From positions 1-64,000 of the IMG/VR virus record IMGVR_UViG_3300045988_100160: a stretch of DNA of 64,000 bases; one strand, written 5' to 3'. Position 1 is the stretch's first letter, and every line of letters begins with the position of its first letter. Of the stretch, positions 16,036 through 24,661 are shown one piece after another. The translations under genes were made by a program, and so were the position numbers. The DNA comes from a virus. The notes beneath the pieces were generated by a model. That model saw only the letters and a program-made list of their open reading frames with translations, was not told the DNA's origin and ran no database searches.

Positions 16036-16855
16036 GTTCAACTGCCTTTCGCAAGTGCTCTAATTCAAGAACACGGTCGATGTGGTCGTGTACTCGCATT
16101 TGTTTCTTGTTGCGTTCGCCAGATAATTCGACAATGGATGTACCACAATCATTTGGTCGATAACCCTTGTCTGCGGAATAACCGCCCCAACCAAGGAATG
16201 AACCTGTTTGGACATCCAAGTGTTCAATTAAAGACCAAGCCTTGGCAATACGGTTGGGTTCTGCGACCATGGTTCTCTCGTAGGTTGTCTTATGTAGATG
16301 CTCGTAGAACGTAATATCGGTATGCAGCCATTCCATTTTATCAGGTTTCTTTGAGTTGTGCCACGTACCGATGACATACAGGTTCTTATTGACATTAAAG
16401 AATACCGATGCCATACCGTGGTAGAACGGAACACCTAATAGCTCAGCGAGCATCTGTTCTGGGATTAAACGGTTGTGTTTCAACGCTCGTTCATATCCAT
16501 GGTTGCCACTTCGGCAGAACAAAATACGGTCTTTAATAGGTTCTAACAAGCGATACGCCGTAAGTACTTGGTCTCCACCATGTTCCGATTGTTCAAATAC
16601 AGATGATGCGGAACTCGTTGTTGCATTGTCTGTAGAGTCACCACCGATAATTAAATACAGATTGTCAATCGTTTTAACTTGAGAAATAAATTTCTCAAAT
16701 GCTTCTCGATTGTGATAGATGTTGCCAACATGAATATCAGAAATATCTGCAATATATGCTCGCTCTGACTCCACTCGCACATCTATTTTATTCACATTTA
16801 GTGATTGTTCAGCAATATTCAAATTCGTTTCTCCATATCTTTTAAACGTGTACAT
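16016..16855 (-). CDS. calcineurin-like metallophosphoesterase
   Basis: Motifs DIHVGN, GGDSTDN and GNHGYE (D-x-H, GD, GNH[DE]). An alternative TTG start at 16822 overlaps the upstream stop as TTGA. Confidence 0.75.
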   Translation of the reverse strand: MYTFKRYGETNLNIAEQSLNVNKIDVRVESERAYIADISDIHVGNIYHNREAFEKFISQVKTIDNLYLIIGGDSTDNATTSSASSVFEQSEHGGDQVLTAYRLLEPIKDRILFCRSGNHGYERALKHNRLIPEQMLAELLGVPFYHGMASVFFNVNKNLYVIGTWHNSKKPDKMEWLHTDITFYEHLHKTTYERTMVAEPNRIAKAWSLIEHLDVQTGSFLGWGGYSADKGYRPNDCGTSIVELSGERNKKQMRVHDHIDRVLELEHLRKAVEHAKENK

Positions 16856-17472
16856 TGGTTGCCACAGAAATTACAAATGGTCTGGTTGTCACCGAATGAC
16901 TCATCGAGATATTCAACCGCTTTACAAGTAGTCATAGGTCTTTGTTCGCCTGCGTACTTATACATACGTTTAAATGTTTGTCTTGCAGAGTCGAACGGAT
17001 AATTGACCTTAATGGTTGGTGTTTTCGCTTCATAACATCTAATGCTTGGTCTCAAGACATCTTCGTCAAGTACACCATTGGAAATTAACTCAGATAAAAC
17101 TTGTTGTGCAATACCCAAGGACTTCTTGAGTCGTCTTGAGGTTAACATTTTGTATTCACCAAAATGTTTGGCAATCTCGCTGACTTTCATGCGTAAGCCA
17201 TACCGCAGCATTAATCGTTTCATACTGCTTGTGCCAATTTCTTTTCTTAGTCGCAAGAACGCATACATTAACTCCTTGATTTCTTCTTGTTCAATCAAGA
17301 TGTCCTCTGGTGAGCGTTCGTAATCAAAATCCCTGTAACGTTTCATCTTGCGTACCAATTTCTTTGATATTCGCTCTTGGTCGAATTCTTTAAAAGACAT
17401 ACGGTTATCAAACTCGTGTATCTTAAAGAGTTCATCCGAATTAGAGCAAAAGAACTCCATTAGTTTATTCAT
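16819..17472 (-). CDS. putative transcription regulator: sigma-70 region-4-like HTH plus C-terminal CxxC...C motif
   Basis: Segment RLMLRYGLRMKVSEIAKHFGEYKMLTSRRLKKSLGIAQQVL resembles sigma region 4. The protein ends with CNFCGNQC. Confidence 0.35.
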   Translation of the reverse strand: MNKLMEFFCSNSDELFKIHEFDNRMSFKEFDQERISKKLVRKMKRYRDFDYERSPEDILIEQEEIKELMYAFLRLRKEIGTSSMKRLMLRYGLRMKVSEIAKHFGEYKMLTSRRLKKSLGIAQQVLSELISNGVLDEDVLRPSIRCYEAKTPTIKVNYPFDSARQTFKRMYKYAGEQRPMTTCKAVEYLDESFGDNQTICNFCGNQCTRLKDMEKRI

Positions 17473-17789
17473 GCGACCACCGTATATCTACTATCAACAC
17501 CTGTAATTCGTTTAGACCGCTCACCGATGGATTGGCAACGGTCTGTACGGAAATCACATTGCACGATTGTACCGACATGTCTGCCGTTATGCGTTATCTT
17601 GCGATAGTTGCCTTTCGTACGTTTCTTCTCTTGTTTTTCTGTTTCCTCATCTTCACGCAAAAAGATTACCTCTGGTGAAATCGAGTATAAATACTGTTGT
17701 ATTAAATCCCTGTTGTTACCATAAATAGAAACACGATACAACTCTCCATTCTTGAACATATCCACTAAGAACATATATCTTTTATGCAT
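17469..17789 (-). CDS. hypothetical protein (106 aa)
   Basis: ORF track. ATGA coupling to the next gene. Confidence 0.5.
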   Translation of the reverse strand: MHKRYMFLVDMFKNGELYRVSIYGNNRDLIQQYLYSISPEVIFLREDEETEKQEKKRTKGNYRKITHNGRHVGTIVQCDFRTDRCQSIGERSKRITGVDSRYTVVA

Positions 17790-17806
17790 GGATTGTTTTA
17801 CCCCTG

Positions 17807-18304
17807 TTATTTATTTGTTGACCCTGTACCACCTGTGCGTTTGGCGGTTGTACAATCGTTATCTGCTAAGTGATATTTTGTAAAGATGCCTTGAACGATA
17901 TGTTCGCCTGCTGAGATTGTTTGAGTGGTGTCTCCATAGTTGTATAACACAACCATGATTTCACCCTCGTTGTCTGGGTTATTGTAATAATCGGCATCAA
18001 TAACCGATGCACCTGTCGCAAGCATTAATTGCCGTTTAATACCCAAAGATGAACGTACTCGTAAATCCAAGTACTCATCAAATGGCATATACGCCTTGAT
18101 GCCTGTGCGGATTAACACCGATTGTTTTGGCTCGATAGTATAATCTTCATTCACATAAATATCATAACCAGCACTATGGGATGTACCTCGTGTTGGTTTT
18201 TTAACGATTGTTCCTAGGCGTGATACAGGCTCAAACCCTCGTACTCGCTTTACTATTGGTTTAAGACCGTGATGTTTTCGTATTGCATTTAATGTTTGAC
18301 TCAT
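17807..18304 (-). CDS. dut: dUTP diphosphatase (trimeric dUTPase family)
   Basis: Motifs SAGYDI and GASVIDADYY. Start trimmed to ATG 18304 (GGAGGA upstream). Confidence 0.8.
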   Translation of the reverse strand: MSQTLNAIRKHHGLKPIVKRVRGFEPVSRLGTIVKKPTRGTSHSAGYDIYVNEDYTIEPKQSVLIRTGIKAYMPFDEYLDLRVRSSLGIKRQLMLATGASVIDADYYNNPDNEGEIMVVLYNYGDTTQTISAGEHIVQGIFTKYHLADNDCTTAKRTGGTGSTNK

Positions 18305-18318
18305 AATCAATCCTCCGT

Positions 18319-18651
18319 TTATACAAGAACTTCAACAGTAATATACTGTCGTCCAAATTTAATGGCATCATCGTATGATGGCATCCAAATATCAATAGCA
18401 TTTGAATAGCCACCACCGAATCTATCTTTTACGACATACGTTCGACCGTTGATAATTACTCGTGTACCGAACGGTAAATCGTCACTTGCGATTGCTCCAT
18501 CGTGTGTCCATTCACCGTTTGCCATTGTACCACGGTCTGTATACGCAGATACCTCGGCTTGCATTTGGTATGCATGCGATGGTATTAAACCACCAAGGAA
18601 TAACACAAATGCAAGCAAACCCAGTCGTAACATATCTAAGCGTTTTTTCAT
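18319..18651 (-). CDS. secreted 3D-domain (RlpA/MltA-like) cell-wall-binding or lytic protein
   Basis: Signal peptide MKKRLDMLRLGLLAFVLFLGGLIPSHA. C-terminal region DDLPFGTRVIINGRTYVVKDRFGGGYSNAIDIW. Start trimmed to ATG 18651 (AGGAGA upstream). Confidence 0.6.
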   Translation of the reverse strand: MKKRLDMLRLGLLAFVLFLGGLIPSHAYQMQAEVSAYTDRGTMANGEWTHDGAIASDDLPFGTRVIINGRTYVVKDRFGGGYSNAIDIWMPSYDDAIKFGRQYITVEVLV

Positions 18652-18768
18652 ATATCTATCTCCTGTTGTCGTAATATTCAACAATTTGTTTAATCCATAA
18701 GTAGCACATATAAATAAATCCAATAAACATTAATATGGCGATTAATTTGTGCACCAGCACCAGAATAA

Positions 18769-19329
18769 TTAAACAGTCCATGATTGCACAGCATCCATTG
18801 CGTGGTTTAATTCATCAACGATACTGTCTTGTGCTTGATACCCAAGTTGCATCGCCCAAATCAACCCAACAGTTAATGTGTAGTCGTTTAATAATGCACC
18901 AGACACAATCTTGTTAACTTTAGACTGATTGTCTTCGTCTAAGCGATACACGGCAATCAGGTTTTCTTTTTCGACTTCATCGAACTCGGAGACGGAATAT
19001 TCTTCCTCAATGTCGCCTTGTGTGTTAACAAATGCATGTACGATAATATCGCCATGGAATACAGTAAAGGCTTCATCAATCACACCCAAGTCGCACAAGC
19101 ATTTGTCCAATGCTTCACCATTCAAGAACGCTTGACGTGCAATCTCACTGGTGTCCTCATCTACATCGCCTGTTAAATACACAAGCCAATGCGGATGCAA
19201 TTTACGAATGTCTTCGCATGATGGTGAGTCTGTGGATGTCAAACAATAAGATTGACCGTTGAACCACAATAGTTGTTCTCCCCAAAGTTTATTTAAACCA
19301 TCTGTATTTATTAATTTTTGTTCTAGCAT
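18769..19329 (-). CDS. hypothetical protein (186 aa)
   Basis: ORF track. AGGAGA upstream. Confidence 0.6.
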   Translation of the reverse strand: MLEQKLINTDGLNKLWGEQLLWFNGQSYCLTSTDSPSCEDIRKLHPHWLVYLTGDVDEDTSEIARQAFLNGEALDKCLCDLGVIDEAFTVFHGDIIVHAFVNTQGDIEEEYSVSEFDEVEKENLIAVYRLDEDNQSKVNKIVSGALLNDYTLTVGLIWAMQLGYQAQDSIVDELNHAMDAVQSWTV

Positions 19330-19343
19330 AATGCAATCTCCTG

Positions 19344-19763
19344 TTATGGTGTAATATCATAAACTTTAAACTCAATGCGTGGATGCTCACTATAGCGTTT
19401 TCTACAGATTACATCACACACTTGATTATCATCGTGCCACACGATACCACTCAAGGCATCCATGACACCTTTTAATACGTTATCAATATCTGGTTTCTTA
19501 GTCGGTAGAATTAAGCCTGATTTCATATCTTCTCGGTCTTTCTTGCGACCACCAGATGGTATCTTTCTATAAATATCAAGTTCAAACAATAATGGAACTT
19601 CCGTTACATCTTTTGGATGCTGTATAGAGTCTTTAATCAGTTGTTTGTAAGCCTTGGACTTTGGAGGGTCGTATGCTCTTACGAAACGACCTCGTCCACA
19701 TAGACGTGGACGACCCTGTGGAACAGGTTCACCCATTACTGTTGCTGAATAAATTAATTTCAA
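19344..19763 (-). CDS. rusA: RusA-family Holliday junction resolvase
   Basis: PVPQGRPR near the N-terminus and KPDIDNVLKGVMDALSGIVWHDDNQV. TTG start with GGAGGT upstream. Confidence 0.8.
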   Translation of the reverse strand: MKLIYSATVMGEPVPQGRPRLCGRGRFVRAYDPPKSKAYKQLIKDSIQHPKDVTEVPLLFELDIYRKIPSGGRKKDREDMKSGLILPTKKPDIDNVLKGVMDALSGIVWHDDNQVCDVICRKRYSEHPRIEFKVYDITP

Positions 19764-19766
19764 GTA

Positions 19767-19949
19767 TTAAACCTCCGCTTTATCGTACAATCGACATAAT
19801 GCATCTGTAATATCATCGCAAGCCTTGTCCACGAGATGAACGGCTTCTTGCTTGGATAGGTCAGATTCTAACATTCGTCTGCGAACTTCCGCTTTCAGTT
19901 CGTTAGTTCTATAATCAATAATCGCAATCATGTGTAATTCTTTTACCAT
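19767..19949 (-). CDS. hypothetical protein (60 aa)
   Basis: ORF track. Tight packing between neighbours. Confidence 0.5.
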   Translation of the reverse strand: MVKELHMIAIIDYRTNELKAEVRRRMLESDLSKQEAVHLVDKACDDITDALCRLYDKAEV

Positions 19950-19952
19950 AAT

Positions 19953-20579
19953 TTATTCTCCGATTACAGCTTTGATTTTATCAACTTGTTCCTTTAAATG
20001 GTTTAAGTCCTTAGAATTGTTGATTACAAAATCACATTGAGATTTTAAATCATCAACAGATGTCTCTGACACATCATTAAGCCGTGTTTCATCGCACGAA
20101 CCATCTCTTTTCTTCATTCTCTTAACCCGTTCTTTTTTATTCGCCGAGATAAAGATTGCAACATTAAATGCTGGGTCTCCGACTTGTAATTCTCTCAACA
20201 TATCAAGTTCATTTTGATAACGACAATCAGTAACAATATATCGACTTGGTTTGTCTATGAGTAGCTGATTCTTTAAGACAACAATCCAAAAGTCTTTAAA
20301 TAAAGCTCGCAATCCATTACCAAGTGCTTGCAGATGCTTCCGCTGTTTGCCATCTAAGACTGTTTTCTCAATCGTTTGTACCACAGGTAGAATACCTTGT
20401 AATTCTTCGATTGAATATCCACTTAGGTCTGATAAATATTTCATACCTGCATCTACACTCTCTGATTGAACAATGGAGACCATCTCTTTAATGGCATCTG
20501 CATATGCATATTGTGGAATGTCACCAAACATTTCAGCAACAGTATCTTTACCAACACCAGCACGACCAATTAATATCAT
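19953..20579 (-). CDS. P-loop deoxynucleoside monophosphate kinase-like protein
   Basis: N-terminal Walker A GRAGVGKDT. Size and layout match phage dNMP kinases. ATGA coupling to the upstream gene. Confidence 0.6.
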   Translation of the reverse strand: MILIGRAGVGKDTVAEMFGDIPQYAYADAIKEMVSIVQSESVDAGMKYLSDLSGYSIEELQGILPVVQTIEKTVLDGKQRKHLQALGNGLRALFKDFWIVVLKNQLLIDKPSRYIVTDCRYQNELDMLRELQVGDPAFNVAIFISANKKERVKRMKKRDGSCDETRLNDVSETSVDDLKSQCDFVINNSKDLNHLKEQVDKIKAVIGE

Positions 20580-20881
20580 TCTACTACCTCCGCATCCGAC
20601 ACGTCTGCGTTTACAGGCTCTGCATCGAAGTTGAAACTAAAGATTTTCTGTAAACGCTCTTGTGTGATATATTTTGTATGTTTCTTTTTGTCTGGGAAAT
20701 ACAGTCTCACTCGTGGTGCGAGATAACCTGCTTGACTTCGTTCCCCATGCAGTTTTGTACAAATGTAAAACTCATCACCAACGCTTAAGTCATTAACAAA
20801 TGCTGTTCTCGATTGTCGATGAATTGCTGTGACTCGGTAACGGTCAACAGTACGAAACTCTTGAGTTTTTATGTTTAACAT
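20576..20881 (-). CDS. hypothetical protein (101 aa)
   Basis: ORF track. Overlapping start and stop with both neighbours. Confidence 0.5.
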   Translation of the reverse strand: MLNIKTQEFRTVDRYRVTAIHRQSRTAFVNDLSVGDEFYICTKLHGERSQAGYLAPRVRLYFPDKKKHTKYITQERLQKIFSFNFDAEPVNADVSDAEVVE

Positions 20882-21753
20882 TATTTTTTAATCCTTTCTT
20901 GATAGTATGGACAGCAGTATGCCACCGAGCAATAGTCTTTACATTTACGACCCATTGGATATGTCTTGGACACCCATCGGTCTTTTGCGGAACACTCTCG
21001 TGGTAACTCCTGTTTAGCGATGGCATTTACCAAGGCATCTTTCTTGTATAACGCATAATCAAGCAACCGTTTGTCATTCATCTTAGGCAGTTGTATCAAG
21101 TAGCATTGTTTATCCAGATTAAATGTTTTAATCGTATTGATTGGCTCTTTAATAATCACTTGTAAAAACATGTCGTTAACTGGTATGCCATGTTTCCCCA
21201 ATAGTATACGATATAAATTTTGTTGCTTGCAGTAATCGCCATAATGATGTAACCCATCGTACACCCATTGTTGTCGCATCTCGGTTTCACCCTTGCGTTT
21301 ACCACGAGTGATTGTATATGGTCGCCACAAAGGTCTACCACCCATCATTGTCGCACACTTATATGCACCAACGACTTTATAATCATACAAGGTATGATGC
21401 TCTAAGTCAATACAGTCCATCTGACCTGTGAGACCCTGATAATTTAATCGAAACTCGCCTGCGTAATTCTGGGGTAGACAATTCTCAAGTATACCATGCA
21501 TGCTTGTACCGACTGTCGCAGCAATCGAGGAAAATGGATTGATTGTCTCTGGATTGTTTGCCTTTAGATACATATATAATGTTGGAGACAATACCTCTGT
21601 GACTGAGAAGTGGTCTCTATTTAAGTTCCTGAGACAACTTGCATTTACCAACAATGGTTTAGCAAGACATCGTTGCCCCATACGACATTCTTTCATGCAA
21701 TCTTTCACAAGTATGGTTTTGCCGTCAGGACACAAAAATGAATTTTCTTTCAT
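20881..21753 (-). CDS. PD-(D/E)XK nuclease, Cas4/RecB-like, with a terminal Cys cluster
   Basis: IDLEHHTLYDYK fits D...(D/E)xK. Cys residues at the N-terminus plus CKDYCSVAYCCPYY at the C-terminus resemble the Cas4 Fe-S arrangement. Confidence 0.65.
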   Translation of the reverse strand: MKENSFLCPDGKTILVKDCMKECRMGQRCLAKPLLVNASCLRNLNRDHFSVTEVLSPTLYMYLKANNPETINPFSSIAATVGTSMHGILENCLPQNYAGEFRLNYQGLTGQMDCIDLEHHTLYDYKVVGAYKCATMMGGRPLWRPYTITRGKRKGETEMRQQWVYDGLHHYGDYCKQQNLYRILLGKHGIPVNDMFLQVIIKEPINTIKTFNLDKQCYLIQLPKMNDKRLLDYALYKKDALVNAIAKQELPRECSAKDRWVSKTYPMGRKCKDYCSVAYCCPYYQERIKK

Positions 21754-21779
21754 GTATTCACCTGCTTTCGTATATACCT

Positions 21780-21808
21780 ATTATACAGTATTTATCTGTG
21801 TTTGTCAA
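21780..21808 (-). promoter_or_regulatory. consensus sigma-70 promoter TTGACA-17-TATAAT
   Basis: rc of 21803..21808 is TTGACA and rc of 21780..21785 is TATAAT. Confidence 0.7.
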
Positions 21809-21828
21809 CAATTTTCCACATAATAAAA

Positions 21829-21864
21829 AGACCCAAGCGTGAAAGGAGGAAAACGCTTGGGTCT
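21829..21864 (-). terminator. strong bidirectional hairpin terminator ending the tRNA operon
   Basis: 11-bp stem AGACCCAAGCG/CGCTTGGGTCT with T-runs on both strands. Confidence 0.7.
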
Positions 21865-21992
21865 TTTAAAGGAGTGCACTGTATTAACGTGCCAGTGCGA
21901 ACACTAAAGATTAAGATGATGGTTTGTAGAGGATTGCAAAATGTTTTCGTCTTTTGCTTGACGCTATTGCGTACGCAACAGTAGTAGTTGTG

Positions 21993-22065
21993 TGCACCCA
22001 GCAAGATTTGAACTTGCATCACGAGAAGATGATAAAATCGTTGCTTTTCATTAAGCTATGGGTAC
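21993..22065 (-). ncRNA. tRNA-like element (73 nt) with a non-canonical anticodon region
   Basis: 7-bp acceptor stem GTACCCA/TGGGTGC, D arm GCTT..AAGC, T arm GCAAG-TTCAAAT-CTTGC. I could not fold a 5-bp/7-nt anticodon arm by eye. Confidence 0.35.
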
Positions 22066-22220
22066 ATAACGACTTGGGTTTTACCCCAAGTCAGTCAGGA
22101 GGAAAAATCATGCGTATCTCTTGGACTGTTACCCAAGACATACGATGTATGCCATCCGAATGAGAAACCCTTGAGTAACCCATTCGGTGATACAATGCCG
22201 TAACATATGTATCGTGGCTA

Positions 22221-22306
22221 TGGTGCCGTTGATAGGATTCGAACCTATGAAGCTATAAGCGACAGATTTACAGTCTGTTGTCTTTATCCATCTTGACTAC
22301 AACGAC
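22221..22306 (-). tRNA. tRNA-Tyr (GTA), class II with long variable arm, CCA encoded
   Basis: Acceptor GTCGTTG/CAACGGC, anticodon loop CTGTAAA, T arm AGGTTCGAATCCT, 86 nt. Confidence 0.8.
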
Positions 22307-22310
22307 ATGC

Positions 22311-22400
22311 TGGAGGAAAGTGTGGGATTTGAACCCACGGAACATTTCTGTTCAACAGTTTTCAAGACTGTCGCATTAAACCAGACTCTGCCAACTTTCC
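22311..22400 (-). tRNA. tRNA-Ser (TGA), CCA encoded
   Basis: Acceptor GGAAAGT/ACTTTCC, anticodon loop CTTGAAA, long variable arm, T arm GTGGGTTCAAATCCCAC, 90 nt. Confidence 0.85.
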
Positions 22401-22403
22401 ATG

Positions 22404-22478
22404 TGGCTCTTGGGATAGGACTCGAACCTATAACTCTCTGGTTAACAGCCAGATGCTCTACCATTGAACTACCCAAGA
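22404..22478 (-). tRNA. tRNA-Asn (GTT), CCA encoded
   Basis: Acceptor TCTTGGG/CCCAAGA, anticodon stem TCTGG/CCAGA with loop CTGTTAA, T arm TAGGTTCGAGTCCTA, 75 nt. Confidence 0.85.
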
Positions 22479-22641
22479 ATAAATACAACACCACTATATA
22501 CTATCGGATTTGCACTCGATATTTCCGCCCAAAAGGACTTTGTTTTACTCTTAAACTAAGTATGTAGCTGTTGCGTGGCATACATGGTAAAACATTCCAT
22601 GGCTACGTTCTACCCTTAACGGCAATGCATGAATACCGTTT

Positions 22642-22731
22642 TGGAGGATGGTACAGGATTTGAACCTGTGGTTGTTTTGCAACAACATTTCTTTAGCAAA
22701 GAAACTCAATAAGCCACTCTGACAACCATCC
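22642..22731 (-). tRNA. tRNA-Ser (GCT), CCA encoded
   Basis: Acceptor GGATGGT/ACCATCC, anticodon stem TTTCT/AGAAA with loop TTGCTAA, long variable arm, T arm CAGGTTCAAATCCTG, 90 nt. Confidence 0.85.
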
Positions 22732-22832
22732 ATGTGAGTGGGTTGAGAAAACAGGGTACCTCCGTTCTCTCTCTAACGGCAAACCAACTCATACCGACCA
22801 CCATGGTTGCGACCCATAGTGGATTTACCTTA

Positions 22833-22949
22833 TGGAGAATGTTGGATTCGAACCAACGTCTTCTACTTCGTACACTCTGAACCGTCAAATTTCTGGAGTC
22901 GAACCAGTATGTTGAACCTCATAGTGCTTTACCATTAAGCTAATTCTCC
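22833..22949 (-). ncRNA. aberrant tRNA-like gene (117 nt): canonical acceptor, D and T arms but about 45 extra nt in the anticodon/variable region
   Basis: GGAGAAT...ATTCTCC acceptor pairing, D arm GCTT-AATGGTA-AAGC, T arm GTTGG-TTCGAAT-CCAAC. The 68-nt middle contains a second T-arm-like hairpin, CTGG-TTCGACT-CCAG. Confidence 0.4.
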
Positions 22950-23313
22950 ATGTCTACCGCCATACAATCCTTGTTGTATCATTCGACCACCGAAAGATTG
23001 CAATCTCGATGTCTTATGTTCGTATACGTCTATACTCATCGGCGGTAGATGTGTATACACTCCGTTGCTTATCGCACGTCAACGACTGCGGATTTTAACG
23101 TCTGGTCTGACGGCAGTAAGAAATTCGTAGTATGGTTTTAATACTTACATTTCTACATATGATTGTTGTCGCTTTATCTAGCGTGTGCAATTATGGAATG
23201 GCACAAGACCCTAGGTTGACATCTCTAGTGATGGTTTGCAGTTGTCTCTGACATGTTTTCTCGTCACATGTAACGCCACACTTTTGACACGGTAGTCAGC
23301 ACCGTATGCTATT

Positions 23314-23372
23314 TGGGTCTCTTGGGAATCGAACCCAAGCTCAAGTGTACTGATTGCATCCTGCAACGACCC
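23314..23372 (-). ncRNA. truncated tRNA-like element (acceptor plus T arm, no D arm)
   Basis: GGGTCGT/GAGACCC acceptor (one mismatch) and T arm TTGGG-TTCGATT-CCCAA. Only 59 nt long. First structured element after the promoter. Confidence 0.3.
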
Positions 23373-23455
23373 ATGTGTGTCAACGGATGTGACTCCGTTG
23401 ACTATGTTAAGAAAGGAGGTGCACCAAGGAGGAACACAACCCTTGGTACATTATT

Positions 23456-23484
23456 ATAATAACACTTGCAGTCGTATATGTCAA
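23456..23484 (-). promoter_or_regulatory. sigma-70 promoter TTGACA-17-TATTAT driving the tRNA/sRNA operon
   Basis: rc of 23479..23484 is TTGACA and rc of 23456..23461 is TATTAT. Confidence 0.6.
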
Positions 23485-23500
23485 GTATTGATTTGTGTTT

Positions 23501-24661
23501 TTATGAGAAATAATTTATCTCTGTTAAATGAGATGTTTTATCGTCATACTTGAATTGGAAGATGTTTGCTGGCCCTCGTAATTTTCTGCGAGTTTTACCA
23601 ATTTTAACATATGTATGGTTCTTGATTTTCTCACGCTCGTCAAAATCAAGTTGCGTGTCAGTCATATACGGTCGCCATAACAACAGAATAATATCTGCGA
23701 TGGCTTTAAGTGCATTAGAACCTTTGATGTATCTCAAGATTGGTTCATATGGTTTCTTACTTTTTTCTTTGCCAAAGGTGTTTTGAGATTCCTCATTGAA
23801 CTGACAAAGCATAAACAAAATCAAATTGAATTTCTTAACGTATTCTTTCATTTTGTTTGCATTTTTTGACAACACAGGAATGTCGTCAATGTCAGGTATC
23901 AAGTGGAAATGGTCGAATATAACAAAATCCACAGGGAAATCATTGGCATAACACGCTTCGGTAATCTTCTCAAGGTCTTCAATGGTCTTATTTGGTTCGT
24001 CAACAAAGCGTACACGCTTATCCAATATAGATGCCACTTGAGAGTAAATCTCAATGCCTTGTTCTGTTTGCAACATCTCGAATAACTCGTCTTCTTCAAC
24101 CTCAAGAATTTCCTTGACAATTTCAGCTAAGAATTGACCTCGTGGCATCTCCAATGAGAAAATCAAGACATTATCCTTTGAGTCCATCAACCGATGTGCG
24201 GCAACCTTGGCTGCAAAGAATGATTTACCTTGGTTGGTATACGCACCAAGCAACACGATTTCTCTACGCTTAACACCATTGATAGCAAAATCTAAGGATG
24301 GGAATCCAAGGGGAACACCCTCTTGACCGATGAATGTCTTCATGTCTTCAAACGAGTCTTTAAATCCATGGACTTTTTCCCAAAGTTCTTCACTATTTGA
24401 GGCGGTCACATCGAGATAATTTTTGACATCTTCAATGGTTCTATCCCATCTCTTCGCTAACATGGTTGCAATATCGGCAAGCACCATTTTGTCGTTGACT
24501 GACTTGCAGAACCGAGATGCTTTTTTATATTGGTCTTCTTTCCTTGGGTATTCTTCCAACAGGACATTCAAGCATGTAATATCTAATGGTTCAGTCTCAA
24601 GTGAGCCAATGTCAATATTTTGTACTAACAAGTCGTTATAATCTTTACATTGTTTCTCCAT
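23501..24661 (-). CDS. DnaB-like replicative DNA helicase
   Basis: Walker A GAYTNQGKS, Walker B-like VIFDHFH, RecA-type C-terminal domain, 386 aa. GGAGGA upstream. Confidence 0.8.
   Translation of the reverse strand: MEKQCKDYNDLLVQNIDIGSLETEPLDITCLNVLLEEYPRKEDQYKKASRFCKSVNDKMVLADIATMLAKRWDRTIEDVKNYLDVTASNSEELWEKVHGFKDSFEDMKTFIGQEGVPLGFPSLDFAINGVKRREIVLLGAYTNQGKSFFAAKVAAHRLMDSKDNVLIFSLEMPRGQFLAEIVKEILEVEEDELFEMLQTEQGIEIYSQVASILDKRVRFVDEPNKTIEDLEKITEACYANDFPVDFVIFDHFHLIPDIDDIPVLSKNANKMKEYVKKFNLILFMLCQFNEESQNTFGKEKSKKPYEPILRYIKGSNALKAIADIILLLWRPYMTDTQLDFDEREKIKNHTYVKIGKTRRKLRGPANIFQFKYDDKTSHLTEINYFS

Noticed and set aside
22297-22888. ORF-track entries across the tRNA region (22297..22494, 22307..22567, 22551..22733, 22706..22888; also 21792..22163)
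   Set aside because: They overlap well-folded tRNAs or hairpin-dense RNA, lack RBSs and overlap each other on both strands.
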